From the NCBI GenBank assembly GCA_045837725.1, contig JBEWZL010000114.1, positions 1 through 55,623 on the forward strand: a stretch of 55,623 nt of DNA. The letters are read 5' to 3'. Shown one piece after another: positions 29,695-40,016 of this stretch. Position numbers and translations under genes: made by a program. The first letter of the stretch is position 1. Each line of letters begins with the position of its first letter. Under the pieces are notes generated by a model that did no database searches, was not told the origin of the DNA, and was given only the letters and a program-made list of their open reading frames with translations. Source of the stretch: Vermamoeba vermiformis. Lineage: Eukaryota.

Positions 29695-31612
29695 CTACGG
29701 AGAGGTCTATAGTGTAAAAGTAATAGAATTAATTATAGTAAATAAAGATATAATGATAGGACTTACTGATTTTTGCTTTTTCTTCTGAGCCGCGGTCGAA
29801 GTAGATTCGCTCAAGCTTGCATCGCGAGCAGTTCCTCGATAAAATTTAGTTAGAAGGATATTTAAATAATAATTAATATTAGTGCACTTACTCTTCTTTG
29901 GCTTATCGTTCGTGTTGTTGACTGATGCGCTCGCGGATCGCGTTACTCGATCCGTACTTGCCTGAGCCTCCTTGACCTCTTTCTCCTTCTCAGCGACCTT
30001 TTTCTTCGCACTCTTGTTGACCTTTGGTGATGAAGGCACGGAGAACGCAAAGTCGAATGGTACGTTGTCATCAGGCGCGTTCTTTTTCGTTGCCACTGCC
30101 TTCTTCGATGGAGGAGGTAGAGCCTTCGGCTTGTTGATTGTTGCTCTAGCAGGCAACTCTTCTTCGATGGGATTCTCAGGTGTGGGGATTGTGGCGTTGT
30201 TGTTGTTTTGTGAGATCAGTGACGACTTCAGTTTTGCAATGTCGTCGTCTTCAGTTGCCACCCTTGAAGGCTTCTTTGTCTTCTTTGTCTTCAGAGTCTT
30301 TTTGGGCGACTTGTCTTTCTTTGTCTTCTTTCCTGACGACTTCTTTGGCACCGGATCTTCTTCGTCTTCGTCGCTCTCAACGTGGATTGTCTTGTTGACC
30401 ATATCGCGCCTTCTTTTGCCAGCTGCAGGGGTCTTCTTTGGCTTGTCGCTGTTGGGTGTAGTTGTGCCTTTGTCCTTTTTCGACGATCCGCCCTTGTAGT
30501 TCGAAAGAAGCGTTTGTTCTGCGCGTTGTCCTTCAAGGTCCTTCAACTTCGGTCGCAAATCTGTCAGCATCTCGTTTTCGTTTGCATATTTTTCTATAAA
30601 ATATATCAATAGAGTTACTTGTTACAGCGTTGTACTTACGGCGCAGCTTGACGAATTTTCTTTTTACCCATTCAACGTACAGCGGCGGTGGTGTAGTGAT
30701 ACTAAGATTACTCTCGCTGATGTTCATCAACGTCTTCAAAAGCCAACGACGTAGCTGAGCAGCACCGGAGTTGGATTCAAAGAACGGTTCCAAATCTCGA
30801 TCAGCAACCTGGACCGGAAAGTCAGCTGTACCCCAAATATCCTTGTAGACGGCCTTGATGATTTTTGTCTTGTCACTATTTCGATACCGTCTCCATGCTC
30901 TGGTTACCTGAAGTAACGCGTTGTTGATCCGATTCAGATTCGAAGAATTCAAAGTACTTACATGGCCTGCTGCACTTCGGAACTGGTTCTCTGAGAACTC
31001 TCCCTTGATTGTTAGCGTCTTTATCCAGGCAAGATGGGGATCGACATGCTTCCATCTCGGATTCTGGCGGTAGGCTTCGACGAGCTGATCCACTGTTATC
31101 TGTGTCTATGTTGAACGTTATCAGTGCCATGCTATTTTAAATGGTTACTTACGTAGATGGGATCGTCTTTTGCCCCACCCTTCTGCCTCGTGGTCTTCAC
31201 GCCAAAGAAACTGAACACATCTGTGGCAACTTCGCGCGAAACCTGCAACGCTTCATCATCGCTTTTTAACCACTGCTTGATTTCGCCGCTGACCACAGTG
31301 CGTTTGAACGCCTCAATGAAGTCTGCCCTGGACATTTTGAGTCGAGCGAAGACGTCGCTAAGAAGATCTCGTTAGCAAGATTCGAAAAATATTTTTAAAA
31401 CCTTACTCTTCAGTCTGGCTACCCTCTTCATCGCTGATATAGTCATCACCTTCACGTTCGAAGCTGTCGTTGTCATTAATAAAAATCATACAAGCGAAAT
31501 TTTGATTTTTCAATCCGCCGATCAGGTTTGAAATGGATTGAATTGATGATTTCAAGGCTATTTTTAGGATATATATATATACTTACAATGATTGCTCTGA
31601 TTCGTCCGACAT
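29695..31612 (-). CDS. Transposon accessory orphan protein with basic low-complexity C-terminal half
   Basis: Phase-consistent exons MSDESEQSF|FEREGDD..|DDVFARLKMSR..|ITVDQLVEAYRQ..|QKYANENEML..KKKQKS|TSP*; divergent from the transposase ATG. Confidence 0.7.
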
Positions 31613-31905
31613 TGCAAATGTTTTGAAGCAGACTTATGGATCGGATTTGCAAGCTGGTACGAGTCGTTATTTATTCGTTGTCTATTGAAAATAACCATGA
31701 AAGTGGGAAATACGGCATCTATAGAACTTACTTTAGAAGTATAGCAGCTTCGAAGAGAGTTAGCACTGCGAGTTGTTGCACTGGTGCCGGCGCAGAGTAA
31801 AAATGAACGGCAAAAATTTTATCATTTTAAGTTGCAATTGCAATGGAGCGCCGCGGTTACGACCCCTACTCAGATAAAACTCTTTGTTATAATAAGACAA
31901 CGGAT

Positions 31906-34900
31906 ATGTTTACCTGCCTGGATTGCGGTAAAACGGTGGCACCAGCGACAGCCAAATCCCACCGAAAGTCAGATCAATGCTTGAACGTCGTTATAGCAAA
32001 AGGTAATGTCATATGATGGTTTATAAATATTCCGTAACCAGCGAGAGCATTAAATATTTTTTTTTGCACAAGCACGTAACCACACATCATTATTTATTAC
32101 TCGTTATTGATTAAGTAGTGGTAAATAACATTTCTGTATATCAGTGCCACGTTCTGTCTCCCGGTAAGCAGCCGATCGAACCAACGTTTCTGCATCTCTG
32201 CCGAAAACGTTAAAATTATTAATTCAACTATCATAATAAGTATACACATAATAATTAAAGCAATATGCACGATACAATTTATTTTTCAGTGCTGTTTAAA
32301 GTATTTTCGTAATTTAATCAGTTTTCGCATCCGTGCCTCAAGCAGCCAAATTTTAACGAATTCCTGCGATATCGCACTAATAGTTACTCCATATAGTGTT
32401 CTTTTAAAGCGATAGAGTGTTTGCTAGATTCGTCAAAAAAAATTAAAGTGCCCAGATCGGTTTAGAGTTGGTAAGTAAATGTCTGGTCGCACATTATTGT
32501 TCAAGTTAAATCATTAGCTCGTTATAATTACTAACAGGAAATGCTTCTAGGTTTCAACTTTGAGCAACTTGATTGCGACAACAAATGGCCCGTATTGTAA
32601 ACTTGGGTAGCACCTGCTACCTTGGCTCCGCACTACAGTTACTCTTCAGTGTAGATGGTTTCCGCGAGAAAATTCTTGCTTCAAATCCAACAACAACACT
32701 CGGTGTAGAGTTCAAGAGCTTGTTTCAACAGATGAATGACAGGAAGACTATCAACGTCAGAACATTTGCGCGGCTGCTGGGTATCACTGATGAGCAATGC
32801 CGCAAGAACCATGAAGACATACAAGAGTTTCTATTAAAGCTTAGAAGCAAGTTTGATAGTGATAGTGACATTAAAGTAATCATTGATTCAATATTTAATG
32901 GTGTTTTGCAATCAACTGCGACAACAAGTCAATTAGAGCCCTTTTTTGGTATGTCCTTGCACCAACTACAGCAAGCTTCTAACTGATTACAGACATATCC
33001 ATTCCTGTTAGCCATAAGGATGTTGTAGAGGGACTAATTAAAGCCTTCCATGATGTAAGTTTAGGCACTACTTGCAAATTTCTGACCGATGACTAGGTTC
33101 GAGTTGAGCACAAGTTTGCTTGCTTTCCAAATGCTCTATTGCTACATTTGAAGCGTTTTAGTATTGGGCAAAAGGTAGAGACACGCTGTGACTTCAAGAA
33201 GCGAATGGTTATCCCGGCAAAACTTAGTGCAAGTGGTCGTGCAGAGACTTATGTACTTAAATCCATTGTAATGCATGATGGTACAGTGAACGCAGGCCAT
33301 TACTTCATTTACACAATCACTAATGGCCAATGGTTCGAGCTGAATGATGAAAAAGTTTCAATGGGTGTATATATATATTACTAGTACTACTTAAGACTAA
33401 CTGACTGCAGGTTGCTGACACATTCATGTCTCAAACTATGGCTGGCAAGAGGTCAGCTTACATGCTACTTTATGTCCTTGAGAGGGCATCCTCACCAACA
33501 AAAGCAACACAACGCCCTCGCACATCAAAAGTCACTGCTGAATTTGTTCAGTGGGATAGTGTTTCATCTGATGCTGCTGAATCATATAGCTCAGGCAGTG
33601 AATTTTCATTTGATGATGAGTACTATGCAGATGACTGGGTCATGGAAAACCCAGCTCCAGAGAGTGATAGCTCAGAATCATCAGTTGCAAAGACATCCTC
33701 GGTTACTTCAGGTATGTTGGTAACAAGTAAGTTAGTTTTATTAATAGTATTTCAGCAACAAAGCGTCAAGCTAAATTAGCTGGTTGGAAAAATGATGGCA
33801 ACGATTTTGCCCCCAGTAAATCAAGCCTTCCTCCCGCAGCAGGCCCCAAACGGCCAATTATTTTGCAGTTGATTAATGACATTAGAAAAGAAAGATCTCA
33901 GTCTCCATTAAAATCAACATTGGATGTTACAGAGCAAGACTGTTATTTGCTGATTATGCATAGAATAATCAAACACATTGAAGAAAAAACACCTGCAGAA
34001 CTCAAAATAACTGTGAACGACATCAAAGCTTACTTAGGAGTTCGAGTGGCTCAACAATTAGCACCAGGACATGCAGTAGATGATGCATGGGCAAGCTTTT
34101 CACACTCTAGAGCAATGTGGGGCAATCGATGGATTGCCAAAACGATGTTGAAAGATGAATACAAACACATTCACCAGCACAAAGAGTAAGTCCTTTTGTA
34201 ATACCACAAACCATACTGACAGTCGTGTAGTTTTGACTTATATTTTGTTTGGGAGACCCTCAACAAAATATACTCTGAAATCTGGACCCCTTATGGACAT
34301 GTGGCACTTGATGACAAAGCCAATGCTTGGAAGGGACGATCCGTATACAAAATCTATCGACTTCGCAAGCCCTTTCCATGGGCAATGTTAGAATATGTTA
34401 TTGTTGATGAATATGGATGGATAATTGGCTTTATTCCCCGTTATGGCAATTTTGCAACAATTACTCCAAAGTACAAGTCATGGAAGGATAGTTACAACCA
34501 ATACAAATCAAATTCTGGTCCAAAACCTCTACCTTTTAAAACCATCCACCCAAGAACTAGCAAGACCAATTTTGATTTAGAGAAAGCAATCAACTTTCTG
34601 CTATCTCGATTACCAGACAAAGCCTCTGGAAAGCCAGCAGACTTTGTTTCCCAACCAACACTGAAGACAGATTGGACAGCAGAGATTGCTCGCGACCTGT
34701 CATCATACCATGTATTCAGTGATCGAGAATTCTCTGCATACTGGCAGCATTACCAGAAATACAACATAGGTTACACTGTTGGAATAGTTAGCAATTCATT
34801 TCCGTTCTTGTTTCGAGACAACTTGGCTATTGGCTTGGAACCTGGGGATTGGAAATCACTCACTAATATGAAGGAGATTGTGATGTCTTATTATGATCCA

Positions 34901-37900
34901 CAAGGCACTGTATGTCATTGGGCTAGCAACCGTGGCACCAGCGAAGCCATTTCAGAAGTAACAAACAAAGACAACAAAAAACAGAAGTTGAATTATTCAA
35001 CACCACACTTGGTTCAACAGTATAGAAAGTATTTTGCAGCAGTGGATAAGCATAATTATAAGGCAAAGAAGTTTTGTTGGCCATATCGCACCAGAAAAGT
35101 CACAGAACGTTACGTATTTGGAGATTGGGAGAGGTCAGCGCAAGTGCAAGCAGAAATTTTGTACCGGCAGCTTTCTGGAAGAGATATCTCAGCAAAGCAG
35201 TTTTTGGCAAATTTGGCCAAACAACTAGCTTCCGATTTTAAAACAAAGAGAAAAAGAACTCTCACTATTGATGCTTTGGACCTGGCCAATGCAGCAAGTC
35301 GACACAATCCTTACACCCATGTTTGTGCATATGAATTCAAAGAATCAAAAAGATGCTTTTACTGCCAAACAAACAAGATTTATTCGTCAACATTGTAAGT
35401 ACATCAAACTAGAACGAGTTATTGTTAACATTCTCCAGGTATAAATGCTTGCAGTGCAAAGTGGCTCTCCATAAGAAGTGCTGGAAAAAATTTAAGGGTG
35501 TAAATGTTTAAATTTGTAATGACATGTTGTATTACTGAAAGTAGTGCAATGGCATGTTCCATGTTGTGGTGTGACATGATCATGAAAGTGACTGCAGCCA
35601 CTTGACGCAAAGAAGGTCGGGTGTAGGCTTTGGCCTTTGGGTTAAGTCAGTGACTGCAGATTCATTGCACTATTATTCTGCTGGACCTACAGCTGTGTGG
35701 CATGTTCCATGTTGTGGTGTGACATGACCCAAGTATGGGCTGGACTTGATTTGACACGACAAAGGTCGGGTGTAGGCTTTGGCCTTTCGGAATGAGTCGA
35801 TCACTCCAGATTCACATAGCTGACGATGGTTTGGGCTATTATTGAGCTTTGAATGAGTTTTTACCAATATTTGGCTATCGTCTACATTGTATACAAACAG
35901 TTGGTTAAGGAATATTATTTAACATAAAGGCAGTTTACGAAAAGATTATAGCTGCTTCCTTTGAAGAGGATCCGATTCAGATTCAGACCAATAACGAGCT
36001 TGCAGCAGCGCCTTCATTTGGGAGAGAATTTATCATGACTTTAAACGATGAAGAGACATGGGTTTCTGAGGCTTTCGTGGCATTTGGACATACTTGGTAA
36101 TGTTATTTTCTAAAACGAGCTTCGAATCTGAATCCAAATTTTTAGGCAATTCGCTGCCAAAAAAAAATACAATCGGACCTACATTTATTTAAAATATATC
36201 CCAATGAGCGATATAGAATATGATATTCATTTCAACTTGGACATCAAAGTTAATGACAAGATCCGTAAGTTGCTGATCGACTTAAAGAGACGCAATTTCC
36301 TGACATTTTGCAGATGAATTCACAGATTTGCATATAAATACGATAGAAGATGAAGATATTTACATCAAATTTGAGGAGATTTTTGACGCGTTCGAGTTTG
36401 ACTTGATCAAACTGTCAATCAGGAAGATCGAACGAAAGAACGAAGAAGAGTAATGTGGAATTTAATTAAAAACATTACTAAATATTATTTTAGCGATTAT
36501 GAAGCGACTGAATTTCGCTCAAAACGACTCGAAACAATTCATTCGCAATACATCAACAAGCACGCCCGTTTGATAGATCAGTGGCTTTGTAAATGGCAGA
36601 TAAATCGTAAGAATATACAAATATTTAATTAAATAATTAACAACGTAATTTTAGGCCAAGCTGCTCTCGAGTTGTCGCAGATTCACCACACGCCAGGTTG
36701 GATTTCGACCCTTACCGCTCCGACACCCCACATCTACGATCAAATAAGGCCACACTTTTTCAGAGCATTTAAAATGAAGAATCTTGTTTGCAATATTGAT
36801 GGTGTCGACTTTGATCTCCCGTATAATACGCTGGAATCAATTTTGGATCACGTGCTCGAAAGTCCCAAGTTTATGAAAGGTATTTGATTAATATTTAATT
36901 TATTTATAACGCCGAATTATTCCGCAGGTTGGCATTACAAGTCGCAAGATAAGGATCCAAACCACCCGTCAAGTCGTCAAGCGTTCAAGATCTACGAAAC
37001 AGAACACAAAAAGCGTATTGATGCTGGCTACCAACTCGTTCTTCCCTATGTATGGATTGATCATTTTGTTGGTCAAGAGAGCAGAAACAACAGCTTCGGT
37101 TCTGTCATGGTTTCATTCGCTAACTTCTCTACGGATGTGTTGATGACACAAGAATCAAGGTTCTTGGTCGCTACAATTCCTCCTAATTTAAAAGAATTTC
37201 AAGACGACATTATCGACAAGATCATCGTTGATTTCTGCGTACAATTGGAAGAGGGCACACTCGCTAAGAAGAAATTTCCATTGCTTAAAGAGCCAGCTCG
37301 AATATGCGGCGGTCTCTATTGCGTCAAGGCGGATCACGTTGAGAAAGTTGGCCTTGCTGGGGTCGTCGCTACAGGTGGTCATGTCCTGTCCGTTTATACA
37401 ACTACACCAAGACATCGGATTACAGATGTCAACTACAAACGAGAATTCCGAGACCCAATGAAGTGTGAGTTAAATTAAATAATATTCGTACATGCGATAC
37501 TAATTCGCACTTATCACAGCGAAAGAAAAGGTTGATAATTGGTCAAGGTTACCAAAATCAAAACAAAAAGCAGCAACATACTCATCAGGCCTTACCGGCA
37601 AAAAAGTACGTACCTATTTAAAGTCAAAAATGAATCTAATTATTAGTAGTCACCATTCTGGCGACTGAAAATATTTTCGAAAGACTTCTACATGCGATTT
37701 GCCATCTGTTCGTTGCACCTGCTGCATCTCGGCATCGCTAAGAAGTACACTCAAGAAATTAGTCATTTGTTTCCGGTCGCTAATAAGAAGATGCCTAACA
37801 ACAACGATGTCGATGACAAAGGAAAGAAGAAAAAGAAGAAGAAGAAGAAGAAGAAGAAGGAACAAAAGTACCAAAAGAGTAAGCGATTTATTTGACGCAT

Positions 37901-39279
37901 CAAGACATTTACAATTTGACGCAGCAATCAACGAGCGAGCACGACAGTTACCATCCGCACATCACCTCACGAAGATTACAATGCCAATCTTCAATAAAGA
38001 GAATAGTAAGTTCATCTCGTTATGTATTCAACTAATAATTGACTTACCAGACACTGCTGGGCTAACTGGTCGAATGTGGTCAACATGGACTCGTGTTGCT
38101 ACGGGATTGCACGCTGACTTGCTCAAAGACAAGCAACTGCAACGCCTGAGCACTGTCATGGACGGTATAAGGACAATTGATGAGGTTATATGGACTGACG
38201 AGCTATTGGACGCGGGAGTATTGGACAATGTAGTCAAGGAGGTCGTTTCTGCTATAGTTGTAAGTGCGTTTACATGTCAACGGCAACGACACTAACAACA
38301 TTTATCAGGAAACATCGCAAGATGCTCCTGAGGATGTTAGAATCGATTGGGACATACCTAACATCGAAACTCTCTTCGCTCTAACTGAATCGATAAAGTT
38401 CCTGGGTCAACTTTGGTTCCAATCAACGGATCTAGACGAAGGCACGAACAAATTCCATCGCAAGTGCATCAAAGTGACCAATCACAAGAAGATAGCACAA
38501 CATCTGCTCAAGATGGTAATACCTTGTTGAGATGATAGCCTATTATTAATACAAATGATTAGGTTGCCGCACGAAGATCGATTGATTGCCAAGTATTTAA
38601 GACACCCGAGGAGAAGCGAGAATTCGAAGAGTTTAGCAAAGCTAATAAAAAAGAGAAGAAAACTAGGTAATAAACTTACTGCACGATTGATATTCTAATT
38701 ATGTGGCGTTCTTAGGAAGTTCCTTGATGGCTTGCACCCAACGGAGAAAGAGATCGATCGAGATGAACGCGAACAGATTCAACGAGCTCTGGCTGATCTA
38801 AGTACTGACAGAGTCAAGTACAAATTGAAGTCGAGAGAATCGACGCACTATGAATGTTAGTATTAGTTCTATTTGATTAGTACTGACACGTGTCACATTT
38901 AGCCGTCTTTATCAAAGGACGAAAAGTCGTACTGAAAGACAAGCCAACAATGATCTATAGGGTATGTAATATATATAGGAGTGTCGCGTACTTACCTACC
39001 ATGTAGACGCATGATGGAGTAGAGCATCACGGTGAGCTTCAGAACGTGTTCGAAATGGATGTGCTCGTGACCGAAAACGGAACTACTGAAACGAAGAAAA
39101 TGAAGTTCTTTTCGATACAAGCTATCAAATGCATTGAAGACTCACCCTTAACACAAAAGCCATTTGAGTACGAGGACCTAGATTGGATCACGTTGCCCAT
39201 CTTGGACGAAAAGGCCTTCGTATGCATGACCGCTAAAATTAAGGATTATTCAAATGCAAATCGATTTTTCCTCGTGTAA
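31906..39279 (+). CDS. CMC/EnSpm-type DDE transposase, multi-exon, with inferred 3.9-kb first intron
   Basis: VWIDHF (D ~37059), SFGSVMVSFANF, QLEEG, VKADH (D ~37332), CSLHLLHLG, PNIETL..LGQL..STDLDEGTN (E ~38438). Exon 1 (31906-32002, CxxC..H..C) is phase-compatible with the exon starting at 35934. Confidence 0.8.
32585..35511 (+). CDS. USP (peptidase C19) deubiquitinase - piggyBac-like transposase fusion, ~887 aa
   Basis: Exons 32585-32948, 32993-33054, 33097-33366, 33411-33711, 33756-34185, 34231-35394 and 35439-35511 join in frame. USP: NLGSTCY, HEDIQEFL, LHLKRF, HDGTVNAGHY, WFELND, AYMLLY. piggyBac: VALDDK..KGRS..Y..KP..W, YHVFSD, P..V..Y..AVD..RTRK, C-terminal RCFYC..CLQC..LH..C. Confidence 0.85.
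35540..35674 (+). ncRNA. Unknown structured RNA motif, copy 1
   Basis: Four-stem fold closed by AGUAGUGCAAUG/CAUUGCACUAUU; stems covary with copy 2; many G-U pairs favour the + strand. Confidence 0.65.
35690..35822 (+). ncRNA. Unknown structured RNA motif, copy 2
   Basis: Same fold closed by CAGCUGUGUG/CACAUAGCUG; identical core blocks, different but still paired stems. Confidence 0.65.
37823..37859 (+). repeat. (AAG)n tract encoding poly-Lys within the CMC transposase
   Basis: aagaagaaaaagaagaag.. in frame as a run of 12 Lys. Confidence 0.85.
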
Positions 39280-39749
39280 TAAAATAATTGTAATGATATA
39301 TAATAAAATAAATACTTACAGAAGTGAGATCGCATGCCGTTCAGATCGAGCGTCCGAATCTAAAATTCCTGTGCAATAAAAGTTGTTAGTAAGTGTTTTT
39401 TATGCCTAAATATGGACTGTGGAAGTCATTAAAGAATAAAAATAAAATGCTCAAGCGAGATTCGGATTGTTAGGGCATCCAAAATTTTTATCGAATTTTA
39501 ACATTTCGTTAATAAATTTAATATAATCTATGATAGCGATTTCGATATTTATTATCAAAATAATTTAAAAAATTCATCAAGCCGGGATCTCGATCCCGTG
39601 TCAGGGTCAAAATCCGACTTTTTTTAAAACTTTTGATTTTATTATTAAAACGAATAGTACTATACTAGTTCATCTTACCTTTGAAGCACCATCTCTATCT
39701 TCTATCGTGATGTGTCGCCACATCCGTCGCAAGTCGCCAAAATCGCCCT

Positions 39750-39836
39750 TTTCCGTTTTTGCCGTTTTTGTTCCCAGCCAAAATAAAAACGTTTGAGCCA
39801 AAAAACGGCAAAAAACGCCTTACATTTACTCTAGTG
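39750..39836. repeat. Right subterminal CGTTTT/AAAACG repeats and TIR
   Basis: ccgtttttgccgttttt, aaaaacg x3, ending ttacatttactctagtg. Confidence 0.8.
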
Positions 39837-40016
39837 TAATGGCGCACCGAGTTTTCACTTCAACTTTTGGTTGAAATCTGCCTAATACCGGCTTATCTAA
39901 TTAATATGTACCTCAGCTATTAAAAATAAAAGGAAACATGTTTATTCTATTTACAATAAATGATATTTTTGAAGCTTATTGAAAACGAAGCTGACGTAGA
40001 TGATTACAAATGAAGT

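Larger units (their letters stand above)
29428..39836. mobile_element. CACTA / CMC (EnSpm-like) DNA transposon, 10,409 bp
   Basis: Left end CACTAGAGGAAAGGTAA vs right-end reverse complement CACTAGAGTAAATGTAA (15/17); TA on both flanks (29426-27, 39837-38); subterminal CGTTTT/AAAACG repeats; internal CMC-type transposase. Confidence 0.88.

Noticed and set aside
29972-30499. Phe-rich hydrophobic ORF (also 23055-23279 and 43857-44126)
   Set aside because: Antisense mirrors of Lys/Glu-rich coding exons.
35639-35645. GGG|TTAA as a canonical piggyBac right end
   Set aside because: No matching TTAA|CCC upstream of the USP gene, and the site lies inside the RNA repeat.
35550-35814. CRISPR-like or simple tandem duplication reading of the repeat
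   Set aside because: Only two units, eukaryotic context, no cas genes; the differences are compensatory, so it is treated as structured RNA instead.
35540-35822. Assignment to hammerhead, hairpin or HDV ribozyme, SECIS, 5S rRNA or H/ACA snoRNA
   Set aside because: The required conserved cores are not evident by eye; only a loose T-loop-like GUGUAGGC resemblance.
37699-38295. 198-aa ORF with poly-Arg
   Set aside because: Frame artefact spanning introns; the spliced frame reads poly-Lys.
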